Below, piece by piece: positions 25,506-38,390 of a DNA stretch of 64,000 bases. The number at the start of each line of letters is the position of its first letter. The stretch's first letter is position 1. The position numbers and the translations under genes are program-made. The stretch comes from Haplodiscus bocki. Its lineage: Eukaryota. The DNA lies in the NCBI GenBank assembly GCA_965655095.1, contig OZ296652.1, forward strand, positions 79,918,001 to 79,982,000, in the 5' to 3' direction. The notes below the pieces were generated by a model that made no database searches, had not been told where the DNA came from, and saw only the letters and a program-made list of their open reading frames with translations.

Positions 25506-28500
25506 CCGGTGTTTTAAGCTAAGGCAAGGTACTTGAACTTCAAGCAACTTTTTATTGAGCAGTTTTTAAATGCTCAAATTTAAATAAATCAGGAGTAATG
25601 TGACGAAGATTGTTCAGTTTGGTAATTAGTTTTGAAATAATTCAGGGAGGACGTCAGAAATAAAATTGTAAGACACTGCACCACGCGTGCCTAAGTTTCC
25701 ACATCCATGATGCCCACTGACTAAACTTTAGCAGGCTTCGATGCGATTCGATTAAACGCTTGTAGTAGACTTCCACTTCTTAAAACGTTCGCCGACATTG
25801 GTAACAGTAATTATGCGTTAACACAGGGTAGCAACGTGTGAACACAGCACTATCATTTTTGGTTTTAAAAAACTGATTGCTGTTTGTAGAAATATTAGTG
25901 TGTCAGTAAAACGATTCGTTTTGATATATGCTTTTCTAGTATAACTTTCACATTTGAATTACTTCCTAAATTATTACTTTTCAAATATTTTTTCTCGCCT
26001 CAATTTTCATACGCATCAGTTGCATTTTGCGTTGAGCTTTTTCTCAATCATTTTCAGAAGGTAATTTTGCTCAATTCAGAGCCCATTAGAAGGTTTACAT
26101 GTTGGTGTTTGCATTTTGGCAGCTAGAATTAGCGTTAATTGATTTTTTTTCTTTTGATTGCAATCAGCAGAATGATTTTTTTATTTATTCCACTAGTTTT
26201 CCCCGTGATATTCCAGGTGGTTGCTAGGAGTTGCAACAAGATTAAATGCATCTCTATGTGCACATTGTCTTTCAATTATTCCGCATGACTGACATCACAT
26301 TGCAGAAGACGGCTTAGCAGTAGAGGCCACCCTGCAAAGGGTTGCTAGGGGACAGCATCAACCGTATGCTTGGCTGGTTATCTTTTTCCGCAATTCCTCT
26401 TCTCTCTCCTCTCCGTCTTCTTCCTCACCTTCTCTCGCCTTCCCTTTTCTTTCCTCTCCTTACTTATTGAAGTATTCAAATAAAATAAGCAAATTTATTC
26501 CATAATTCTTATAATTCCATCTTGAAACATCTTCTTTTGCGAACGCATATACACAAGTACATGTATACATTTTTATATTTACATATTTCTATATAACTCC
26601 ACAAATCTCACCTGTTCATGTAGTTTTGTTGTTGGTTTGTTGGTTGGTTTGGCAAGTTATTCGTCTTGTTTTCACCCCTCTTGTTCGATTCAGCGCCTAC
26701 TTTAATCTACTGCCGCATTTCCCCCGTTGTTTGCATTCCATTGATTTATTGGTCATTTTTCTTTGAATTCCAGTATAATTACGCATTTTCAAGCGGATTT
26801 TCACATTCAAAGCGGCAGAAAAGAAAAATTTGTCAGTTCTGAAGCTCCTCTTGCTTTAGATGCTTACTCCTCCTCCGAGCGGCGGTTTTCACAGTTGCTT
26901 ATGCTTATCGTACAATGGGAATTATTGCAGCAATATTAGTAACCCCGCCGCCGCTAATGTTGTCCAGGCGACAAGTAGGCACAAATTAATCTTCCACCTC
27001 CTACTAAAGAACACGCTGAGCTGAGCTTTAACACCCTCGAGTTCTAAATATCCATTTATGCTCTTAAAATACATCTATGCCCTAATTTCTCTCTCTTTTT
27101 CCCATTATGGTAGCTGCACAATTCAAGCTGACTGTATTTGCCATTGGCGCAACAGAGACCCGCGTTCTGGGGTAGCTGCCGCCTTCCAAACTCGTAAATA
27201 TGCGGGGTCTTTTGTTCAATTCCCTTTTCTATACTTAAGTCCTTCTATACTTACTCTGAATGCATCTTACGAACTGAGGTAAGTCTACCTGCTACATTAA
27301 ATATGCATTTTTATACCTGTTTGCCAAAGAAAGACAGTATTGTTGTCTATGGCTTCATGTTAATTCTTATCGTCGGTCAATAGATGCCAAAAAAAACAAA
27401 AATACTGCTTTTTTGCGCAAATTGGGTTTTTTTAAGAATTGACAATTGCTTGCAAACTGTTACTTTTCTGTATTCCATACATGTTTGTTTAATTTGCAGC
27501 TTTTTGAATTTTTGGCTGCTACTGTTAGAGTTCTAAAATACGAGGTCACGTTTCTTTCAGTGGGCAGACGGAACTTGGAATTAATCAAATTAATTTACAA
27601 ATATTATTCCGATAATTTCGGAATCTGGCGCATACAAAACTGGATTCAATGTGGTAACTTAATGAAAGTAACTTATTTCCAGTCCCATCATATAAATTTT
27701 GAGCCACGTCACTAGTTTTTTTTGAAAAATTATGAAAAATTATCAGTACAAAATAGGTTCAAAAAAAGATAATAACGATTATTTGATTTCCCCAATCATA
27801 AACTGTCTCCCTGTTGAATAACTTATCATCATGACTGTTCACATGTACCTTGAGTACATAATAGTCTTTAAGTGGTTGACCCTGATGATGATCTTCTGTT
27901 CTTCAAAGGTTCTTCCATATTCTGTTCAAAATCGATGCGTGCAAATAATGATTGATTGCTAGAGGTTGGGATGAACAAGCAGTTGTTGTGTGGATACAAG
28001 TAAGAAAGAAACATGATTTGTGTTCATACACGGCAGGGAGCGCAGGTGTACAATTTTACCTGCTCATTTCATAAACAATCCAGTGTGACGGCGGTGGCGG
28101 AGACTTCAACTACTGAGGATGTGTCCGCTGTTCCACAAAAAAATTGTAGAAGCTCCATAACAGCTTATCTTTACATTCTTCTCCTTCTCTCAACCCCCAA
28201 ATACCAACCAACCCCCCTCCCCCTCTAACCTGAACTTCAGTTTTCTTCCCACTCCATCCACTCCTCCTCGTTAATCCTTTTTGTCCATGTGAAGCATTTG
28301 ATTTAGTCACCGCTGTAATTTAACACATGCGTCCTTTATTCCCCAGTTTTCTCGCTCTCCACTCGTTTCTTCTTCTCGTTACTCTTCTTGCCTTCTCATT
28401 CGATGGTTCACTTTTCGCTTGCTTTATTTCTCCTCCGCCACTATCTCTACTGCTGTCACCGCCACCGTCCTGTCAGCTCGGCGGCTTTGTTGTGCTCGCC

Positions 28501-29090
28501 TGTGCAAGTTCTCTCTTCTAGCCTGAAAAAGCGCTTTCCATCATCACGTCACTCTTGTTGTTTTTCCACATAAATGCCCTTTGTGTTTCCACGTTTTTTC
28601 TACTACTGCTGAACATCATGCTGGTGCTCTGGTATGGAAATACAACCAATAGGGAGACCACTGAGTGAGCTCAGCACTGCTATCGAAGCCCACTTTTATG
28701 TTTTCTAAAGAATAAAAAACAGACTTATTATTATTTCAACTACTTTTTGCTCTTTCATCCGAACAGCATGCGTACTACGGAGAATTCCAACACTCCCTTA
28801 GCCTTCAGCTGTGAAAGTTTTCGGTTACGTGTTCGTTGGATGTTAGTTAAGTTAGCGTTCCGTAGTTTTAGTCTCCAGATACTTGAACAGTTAGTATTTT
28901 GTGTTTTCAGTTTAACTGAAAAGATCAAGTTTTCAAAATATTCCATCCTCTGTAGGGCTAGTTGGATTTTTCAAATCAGTGACAATTGCTGCTATAATTT
29001 ACTTCTTTGCTGTATTTTGCGTCAGTCATTGAATTGTTTAAAACTTACCATTCGTTCAACATTCACTACTAACACGATGACAAGATGCGA

Positions 29091-30050
29091 AAATGTTAAA
29101 TTAATGAAAAATTAATGTTAAATCCTAAAAAAAAAACAAGTTTAGCTCTCATTGATATTAATCGATGGAGAATCAACTCCCCATTGATCTCAATCTATGG
29201 AAAATCAATTTGAGATCAATTTTCATTGCTTTCTCATTTGAGGTCGATGGACAATCGAGTTAAATCGATTTCTGATAACTACTTTTCCCCAAATTTTTAC
29301 GCTCGCGGAAGCACTCTCTTTTTAACTTGGGGAACATTGGGGAATAGTCAGCAACACCGAAAAGCTTCATTAAAAAGATGAAGCCGAAAAACCTCACTGA
29401 CATTGTAAAAATCTATAAACAGAAGCGAAGCGGATATTCACAATACATCCTGATTTGTCAGTTGAAATCACCGATCTCAAAAGACATTTGAAACCATGAA
29501 CGGAGATGTGATACACTTTGGGGAATATTAAACCAGCTGTCAATCAAGAGCTTGTTCGAAAAATTGAGACAAGTACCTGTCGTAGGGTCTCATACTCGAA
29601 AATTTGATACGTCAATCATGCGTTTTCAGGCTACGCCATTTTGCTGCCCAATGTTTAAGAAGTTTGCACAGTAAGCAATGCTAAAATGAACGAGTACCTA
29701 ACAAAAGGAGACCGTTTTGACCGTTTAAATTAGAGACTCGACTCTCTGATGACGTCAAAAATGCAAGTTTCGGACAGTATAAAAACTAAGCTTGAGCTGG
29801 CTTCTTATGCACATTCTTTCAGTCAGAATGTGTACAAACAATTGATTTCCGTCGATGGATCATTGAGTTTCATAAATGTTAAATTAATGTAAAGTAATGT
29901 TCAATCCAAAAATCGAGTTTAGCTCTCATTGATAGTAATTGATGGCGAATCGACTCCCCATTCATCTCAATCGACGGAGAATCGATTTCCATAGCACTTT
30001 TTTCAATTGAGATCGATGGTCAATTGATTTAAGAGAATTATATTTTCCCA
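29091..30050. repeat. Pair of ~190-bp diverged direct repeats (~29091-29290, ~29874-30050)
   Basis: aatgttaaattaatg...gtttagctctcattgat..taat.gatgg.gaatc.actccccatt.atctcaatc is present twice. Confidence 0.8.
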
Positions 30051-30743
30051 TATTTTTGCGGATGGAATCCCTGCGACATGTTTCACTGCAAAAGGTCGCA
30101 CTTTTGGAACGACGCGTTGCTATTTGGCGATTAGGGCGCAAATTTTGAATATCGCTGTATTATAAAGGTGCGTTTTCGCAAGGCTTTGCGATAAGTACTA
30201 GTTAAACTTTCGGATGCAACCGAGCTGTAAATATTATAAAGGTCTATCTGAATAATGCTGCTCTTCAAGAGGCTACGAAAATGCGTGTTCACTTTTTATT
30301 TGGCGTAACATTCAAACGAGCGTAATGTTAGTCAACAGTTTCAGCCAAAAAATTTCAATTTTTCTGTGATTTTGTTTCGGGAACTAAGTTATTAAAAACT
30401 GAAGATTTAAGGAAATGTAGAAGAAAGCTGTAGTCGGATTGTTTGTGAGGCAGATGTGAATACCATCGTTTGTAATCGATGGAAATCTTTTTCATCAATG
30501 TGAGATCCATGGAAGTCGTTTCGTCAATGGGAAATCTATGGAAATTATTTTTATCATTTGACGCTCAACCGAGAAAATCAGTGTAGGTTCAGACACACAG
30601 GTTTGTTTCAGACATACACTTTTGAGATTTTCATTTTCAATTATTTGCCCTCTTAGCATTGAATTTTTGTATAGCCCATGGGCAAAATTACACAACAGCA
30701 ACGAACTCATTGAAAAGCTCGCGTAGTTTTTTAGAGGCTGCTC

Positions 30744-31224
30744 AAACAAGACGACTGGCTACCACCGGCATATTTTGCGCCTTCCCATTTTTGTAAAGCA
30801 GGCTTTTAAAAAGATGGAAACGTTTTTTTTTTCGTTGAAAGACTCCTTCTTCATTATATTTTCTTATTTTTCCAACTTGAAAAATTTTTTGATTTTTTGA
30901 GAAAAAAACCATAATTACAGCGAAAAAGACATATTCAAGAAATGATACCATTTGATACGCATTCTTCAGCAAGTTTGCCGCCTTTAGCGATTTCGAAAAA
31001 ATTTCAGATTTTTTCAGATACCCATCTATTTTTTTAAGAAAACCCAAGTTTTTGAACGTTTTGAGAAATCTTATTACTTCAGTCGCATTCTACGGTAAAT
31101 TTGCTACAATTTGGTGAAAAAAATGACGTTCAGAAAGGTGAACGCAATTGGCAAACATCGGGTAAAAAAGCGTTCTCGTTGATTGGAAGATTTTGATCCC
31201 ATATCACATTAAATGGCGCAAAAT
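30744..31224 (-). mobile_element. Helentron/HINE (DINE-1-like) non-autonomous element, best-preserved copy
   Basis: Terminus AAACAAG (CTTGTTT on the minus strand), an adjacent GC-rich hairpin, and subterminal inverted repeats attttgcgcc (30772-30781) / ggcgcaaaat (31215-31224). Confidence 0.6.
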
Positions 31225-34200
31225 GATAAATCAAGACTTAAAACAAAAAATTATCGATGCCGGTCTAGTATGCGATCTACATTTCATTTCCCGTTCCAGT
31301 ATGCGTTCTATATTTTGTGAGGGTACGGAATTTATCTGAAAACTCTTCAAGTGATCTCTACTATGTTTCGTTAAGAAGATAGAGCTACTGGTGATGAGCA
31401 GTAGGGAGCTGCCAATTTTTGAGTGCAATCAGTAGGTAAGGGGCATCTTGACAGTATTTAAAATGTTAACAAAAATTCTGTCTAAAGCACTTAAAACAGC
31501 GGAAGTTGCATAACCAAATTTCTATCTCAAAACATGTAGATTGAAAAATCTCAAAACTACTGTAATAAATATCCTAGAAGTTTCGAACAAAAACCATTGT
31601 AAGCTTGATAAATTTGTGAAACTTTTACTTGGACCATAACTTATGATTTCCTGTTGTTTTTGAGTAATGCGCGAATATATTTATCTCTCCAATATTTATT
31701 ACCAAATGAAGGTTCCTTCTTTAATCAAACTTCTATATACTTTTACTACAGAAGCCTCTTAATTCAGCGGACGGTAAATGTTCTTTGTATGCTTTTATCG
31801 TGGTTTTATCAAAACGCGAGCACCGAGTTCAAATTCTAGCCCACTCGATCATGTTTCATGTTATTTCCTATGCAAAAACTATTAATTTGATAGTTTCTGG
31901 GAAAGTTCCATTTTTGGTTTTGCTTCCCCATCCCTTCGCGTTGCAAATTTCAATTTTTTCTTAAACAAATTTCAAAAAGTGCAAAATTGAGTTGACAAAA
32001 ATGTGGAAGCAAATTTTCAAGTTAAATTTCAGGATGTTTATTCTTCAAGACTCAGTTTGTGAATCTTCTCTGTAAAACCTCCTTCCATATTAACCATTTT
32101 CAGTCAATTTTCAATTGTGCATGATGTCAGCGTAATAGTCGCCAGTAAAGCACCGACTTGCCGCTACCTTCACTTGCGTTCAGCCAAAAAGTCTTGCTGT
32201 CTTAAAATTCTAAAGAAAGCTTAACCTAATGTACTCTAATATGTACATCTGTTATAAAAGATCATCGAAAGGAAAGAAGATAGTTGGAAAGTGAGCTATG
32301 ATCAAAAAAGATTTCCTCATCGCATTTTGCTGCCCGAAGGCCTTAAAATTGCTTGCTTTCCACATTTGCACCATTGACGATGACCAATTTCTTTCATGTG
32401 GTCAGCTCAAGTCAATCACACACATGGCATCATACCTACCGATGATTATCACCTCGAATAACAAAGTACGTCAAACGTTGAAGGCCTCAATCCTAAATTT
32501 TTGTGATCATAAGAAGCAGAAGGGTCCCAGATAGTGTCTAAGCGTTAAAATGCCCCCTAATAAGAGTTGGGCCGCTTCAAAACGGTCCCATGCAGAGGAA
32601 CGGAATAAATTCTTGTCAAATAGTCATCTTCCGCATTTGTAAATACAAAATTGTCTATACAGCAGCTCTTTAGCAACAAAACACTGTCCGTTAAAACGTA
32701 TAATCATAGTTTGAGGTGTTATTACGCGGTGGCACAAAGTTCACTTTTGGCCCACCCTCTAATTTAGACCCCACTTATTATTGTAATAGGAATATCTATT
32801 GCACTCCCCTGCTATTTGTACCCCCACCCCTATAATTCGGTTTACCAGAGGAGGAGGTAAAGTTGGAAGAGACACTAAAAAACGAATTATTATGACGTCT
32901 ATCTGACTGACGCTTATTGCTTTTGATGTTGCTCCGCTTCAAAGACAAGTGTCTTCCGTGTGATGCGAACGGCGTCTGAGAGGAAACCTTCAATCCCATC
33001 ACTAGGCATGTTGCCCCTACTTCGATTTGACAATCTCAAAATTGCTCTTAGAATTACTTTTGAAATTGTTCCATACGCTGATGTCTTTGATTTCGAAGCA
33101 AAGTCTTTACTGAAGCTTGATTTCGGAAAACAAAATTACAAACTTTTGTAATTTGAAGCTGTGACTGATCTGAAAATTAAATTCGGCCTAAAATCAAAGT
33201 TTTAATAAATTTATTAATGACATGTGTATGTATATTCTCAATTTTAGTCTTAACGCTTTCGGCCTGAGGGTTTTGTGCTGTATGGTTTTGAGACACAAGA
33301 ATTTTATATAAAATACTCTGTCTAAACAGTCGATTTTCTTGAGAATGACTGATTTTTCTGGGTTAAAATGCACTTTCTGCCTTTCGGAAGTTGAGAGATG
33401 TTAGGCTGATAAAAGAAAAATTTTGCCAAATGGGTTAAAATGCATTAAATTTGTCATGATTCGTAAAAAATGATGGCGCCAGGAGTAAAACTGCGAGTCC
33501 CTATCTCGTACATTGATCTAATTTTTTCAAACAAAAACCATTGTATTCTACGTAAAAATCTAAGAAACTTTTGTTCCTGACATTTCCTTGTAATTTGGCT
33601 AGATTTTTAGTTATTCAGCTGTCCCTTTTCTTTTTCTCAGCCTTTTGTTCCATTTTATCACAGCACTGTAATCATTGATTGGTGAACTACACCGACCCAA
33701 AGCACTGGTGGCATTTCGGCAGTGTTGAGCTTCAGTTTTATTAAATACAGACAAAAGTTTTCTCTGATGCACAGCAGCCGATTAAATTCAGTGATTCAGC
33801 AATTAAATTAAATAAATTATTTAGTTGTCAATAATTGGAACAATAAGCCAGAACGAATAAGTTTACTTAGATTGACCTGCATTTACGTTTAGCGATGACC
33901 CAAAGTTACTGAGACTCGCCAACTCAACAAACCTTGGTTAGTTTTGTCATTTTCGGGGATGAGAAACCTTGTTACGGCTTTTACTTCCTCTAGTCATTTA
34001 AGCTCGACACTTTTAGCATATCAGAGACCACCGAAGCGATCAGCTGGCAACCTCCAAGTTACTCGCTTAAGCAACCAATCAGTAGTAGCGACGGGCTGTG
34101 TGTATAAGAATATGCGTTGCGAAACAAAATATTTTCCTGTATGGAACTAGGATTCAACTTCAGTCGGCGCTTTCAATATAAAAGTTTCATACTATAACAA

Positions 34201-34730
34201 TGGCTTCTTTTTTTGTAAGGCTAAGAGGTCCACTTTTTAGTTCCAGTAAATTGTTTAAAAATTGTTCAAAAGATATCGATCAATACAAAAACCCAAAATG
34301 CACGAAAGGCTTCAAGCAGGGATATATTGGGCTGAGTTTTAACAAAAATTTACATTTACGAAAATTTTTCATGATAACCCTCTTTCGCCGAATTCAAAAT
34401 TTCTTATATTACAAACAACCCAATAATTTCGTGATACACCCCTTTAGCATTTATCAGAATTTTTGGGAAAAAAACGATAAATTTTGTGATACCTCCCTTG
34501 TTTCGACAAACACAACAGCTACTTACCCATTTTTCGAAAAACGGTCAAAATTGCGTAAAAGGGGATCATATCTTATCAAAAAACTACACGAATCTCAAAC
34601 GAAACACAAAAATAACAGCTACTACTTCAAATTCCAAGAATATTTTTTTTCGATAAGATTTGAAGTGGGTGTTCCAAAGTTTAGATCGTTTAAGATATCT
34701 TAGTAAAAACCACGCAAGTTTGATTATTTC

Positions 34731-35368
34731 CATAGAATGTTGAGCTACAAAAATTTTCTACAGACAAAACTTCATGAAATTTTACGGCGAATATCTGGAT
34801 GTTTTTATTTTTGAAATCCTTTTCGTTTTGCCTGATTTTCTGGCCGTCTCGTTTTTTCCATTTTGGTTAAGTTTTGAATTTCGACAAATGAAAACTCAAT
34901 CAATTTTAATCATATAGGGCAACAAATAAACTAATTTCGAAGATTCAAGTCTCCTCTTCCTTTTTTTTATTGTAGCACTCTTGTGGAAAAGCATCGGTAA
35001 CATGCGGTTCGGCAGAAACGTTGTTCACTCACGGCGTCAACATTTTCCCTGTGAAAATTCGATCATTTTGATCTACCCAATTTTTATCTCGTTCATGGCT
35101 CAATGAACCAGTTCCGCAAAACTTGTTAAAGATGAAGAAAAGTTGAGGAGGCTTGACTCTTCAAAATTAGTTTATTTGTTGCCCGATATGGTTAGTATTT
35201 ATTGAGTTTTCTTTTGTCGAAATTCAAAATTTAGCCAAAATGGAAAAAGAAGGCCAAAAAATTAATAAGCAAAAAGATTTCAAAAATAAAAACATGCTGA
35301 TATTCGTCGTAAAATTTCATGAAAGTTTTGTACTTACAAAATTCTTGTACCTTAATTTCCAATTCTAT
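34731..35368. mobile_element. Fold-back/MITE-like element with ~225-bp diverged inverted arms
   Basis: ~34731-34957 vs ~35146-35368 (e.g. gggcaacaaataaactaattt / aaattagtttatttgttgccc); ~190-bp spacer. Confidence 0.8.
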
Positions 35369-36177
35369 CCGTAAAAGGCAATTCTTCTGATGTTCACTAT
35401 TAACATACGTGAATTTTGAAGCAGTCATTACTCTAGACGCTTGGGCGGAGATGAAAACATTGATTTTGGCTGGCTGTTTTATCTAGGAAGTAAAGCAAGC
35501 ATTTCATGTTGAAAAACTAGATTCTTGAAAGTTTATTTTCTCCTGGAAATTTAGCCCAAGTTTGATATTAATTATAGATTTTTCAATGCATTTTTCAAAA
35601 CCTCACACAATTTTTCGTCGCAGTGTTTGACCTTATATTTATTGTGCCTTTTTAATAAATTACGTGAATGAAGTTTGAATTTTGCTTAATCGCTATTTTC
35701 AGCCCGATATCATCCTTCATTTTTTGTTTATTGCTACAAAATCAGATAGAAGTCTTAATGGCATTAAAAATGACGTCAAATTCACTAATGCATTTGATTC
35801 ACTTTCTCACTTTGGCTGCAAGGCACCAAGCAAAGCTCTTCAATATTTCAAGGTCATATTTCTACCAGTGCGAGATGCAACAAATTCAATATTGGATTTT
35901 ACCATTTTGTGTACGCGGTTATGCTTTCTTTCTGTAAGCTCCTTATGTTTTAATTGTATTACAGGAGCAAGCGTGGAAAATGTTTTTCGCTTGACTTTTG
36001 AAGCAAAGTCCACTTGGTTTGACTTATTGAGCCGGAGCGTTGGCACCGTTCTATTCCAGACGACAACGAACAACAACTATTGTTGTGGTTTTGAAAGCGA
36101 CTGGCGGCGTTTGGTTTTGACCGGTTTCGAGAACTGGCTGTGCAGTGCAGTATAGCGTAGCACAAAAGGACGGGGGC

Positions 36178-36424
36178 ATGGGAGCGACCAATTTTTTGAG
36201 CGCGATCATCCATGCGTTTGTAGTGTCTCTTTACGTGTACACGTGGTACTGGACTGGCTTCAACACTTGGCAGCGGTTCCATCTGAAGGAGAGACGCAAG
36301 TGCTACCACTTCATCTCTTGGTGGATCTTCCTCAACCAGACTTTCTACTTCATTGTCATCTTCTGCTGCGATCTGCTCAAAGTCTTCTTCGAACCCTCCT
36401 GTATCCAATCATATCACGTCATTG
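36178..36424 (+). CDS. AIG1: FAR-17a/AIG1/ADTRP-family membrane protein, coding exon 1 of 3
   Basis: MGATNFLSAIIHAF...YHFISWWIFLNQTFYFIVIFCCDL aligns without gaps to AIG1 [24 protein letters not shown] (recalled). Donor G|GTAAGT, phase 1. The symbol is family-level, not proven orthology. Confidence 0.85.
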
Positions 36425-36924
36425 GTAAGTCACGGAACTGCAAACTCTCATATCCTCTTTGTGATACTGAACTTTCCAAAAGCTGTTGATGGTTAAATTC
36501 TGTTGAAGTTTCATCTAATTTCTCCGAGTTCGATGATTTCAGAAAGAACTCATAGAATTAAGAGCTCCAACAAATATACATCAGTCAGAAATTAACCGTC
36601 GATGCATTTTTAGTCGGGGCCAAATTATTTTAATGACTCACGTTTACTTCTGAGAAATGCCATAAACTAATAATTTTGAATGAATTTTTATGGGTGCTAT
36701 TGTTTGAAATTTGGACCATATTTGAAAAAAGGGATGATACACTAGTTTTTGAGCATTTTTCTACCATTTTTGGAAGATTTCGTTAAATTTTATGCTACTC
36801 AACATATTATTTCTCGAAAGAGAGCTAAAATTTAAGGGCAGATCCATAGCTACAGAAAAGTACCTGAAAATTTACAATACTCCACGCCTGTCTCGACGTT
36901 TACCTATGAGATAGTAAGTATATG

Positions 36925-37029
36925 TTTGTGCCTGGCTGAAAACGGGCCGAGGTGATTTGTGTCCGGACTCGAAGGCACGAAGTGCCAAAGGTCTGCATAT
37001 CTCGGGGGCCGTTTTCAGCCAGGCACAAA
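36925..37029. repeat. Small hairpin/MITE-like element with perfect 21-bp TIRs
   Basis: tttgtgcctggctgaaaacgg ... ccgttttcagccaggcacaaa, with internal ggcacgaagtgcc mini-hairpin. Confidence 0.85.
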
Positions 37030-37904
37030 GATTTTGTTACCTAGCGATCTGTTTCTTCCTCGTCCAATTTGCGCCGTCCAATCTTCAAAACTCGAAAAAT
37101 TCTCCCATGTGATTGTTCAAAAACTAACAAAAAATTCCAAAAATGATGAAAAAATACTTTGACGACTAGCTGGGAATGCTAATCCGCGTTTTCAATAATT
37201 GCTTTCCTGAGGTTTTACTGAGTTTTGCTTCGTGATTTCTCAATTTTTTTTGTCCATTTTGCTTCATTTTTATATATCTGCATTTTTTTTGAAGACAAAT
37301 GATTCATCCTTATATTTAATCTATCGTGCAGAAATAGCTGGAAGAAATGCCAAAATGGTCAGCCTGGCCGATTTTCTGACTTTTCAAAACGGACCGCTAG
37401 ATAGCAAATGTTTTTTAGGTTACCGCTTTTCGCAAAATGTTTCGAATCTGAAATATGATTTTTGAATGTATTGTGTTCACTTTTTAATCAAATAAAACTC
37501 AGATTGTTTGCCGAGTGTTTTTGAATTCCAAATCCTGCATAAAGTGGAGCTAGTGAACTATGTCTCGGTTTTTCGGAACTATGAATTTTTCTCTGACCTC
37601 ATTGCCGAAGGAATGAAGCAAGCAAGTGGAAATAGCAACCCAATCAAAAGCGCGAATGAACCCCGCAATTGCGTTTCGGCTATGATGTCATGATGATCAT
37701 GCCGAATGAATAGAGCTAATGAGTTTATCAAGTCGTCCGCTACATTCACACCGCTTTATTTGTACAACGCGATTATAGTGAGTCCGAAGCCGTAAAGTAA
37801 CTTTTTTGATTCCACGGAAACAGGATGAAATAAGAAGGTTTTGTGAAAAAAACAACCGAAGTCAGCTCAAAATTCGCATGTTTATTAAATCATCAGCTTG
37901 TTAT

Positions 37905-38390
37905 TTTTCGCCCATATTTATAAACTCGAAGGAAAATCATCCAGTCAAAGCGGTGCGTTTTTAACGTTTTCTTACCAGTTGGCTGGGAAGAATGCCCAGA
38001 TTGTGAATTTGACTGTTTTTTATTGCTAAATTATAGCAAATTTGCCGTAGAATGCGATTGAAATATTAAGATTTTTCAAAACGTACGAAATTTTAGAATT
38101 TTTTGAAAAAAATAGATGTTTTTTTGAGAGACATTTGAACTTTTTCAAAATCGTTAAAGGGAGCAAATTTGTTGTAGAATGCGTATCAAATGATATTATT
38201 TCTTGAAAATGTATCTTGCAACTTAATTGTGAAATTTTCTTTGCAAAAAAGTCCGGAATTTTTTTAAATTTGGAAAAATTAGAAAATATATGAAGAAAAA
38301 GTGTTTTTGAAAAAAAGGCTTCCTTTTGAAAGGCATATTCAACAAAATTGGAGGGCAGAAAAGATTCCTGTGGTAGCCGGCCGTCTTGTT
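37905..38390 (+). mobile_element. Helentron/HINE-like repeat copy
   Basis: Starts tttttcgccc and ends ggagggcag...ggtagccggccgtcttgtt (subTIR, hairpin, CTTGTT). Confidence 0.6.

Noticed and set aside
32100-33120. Possible decayed gag/protease on the minus strand
   Set aside because: Coding-like flavour, but no intact zinc knuckle or protease motif could be supported.
34200-34703. 167-aa + ORF
   Set aside because: F/K/N-rich translation of an AT-rich interspersed repeat (ttttcatgatacccc motif family also at ~3605, 4545 and 13680).
35959-36408. 149-aa acidic minus-strand ORF
   Set aside because: Antisense shadow of the hydrophobic exon 1, which has family motifs and phase-compatible splice sites.
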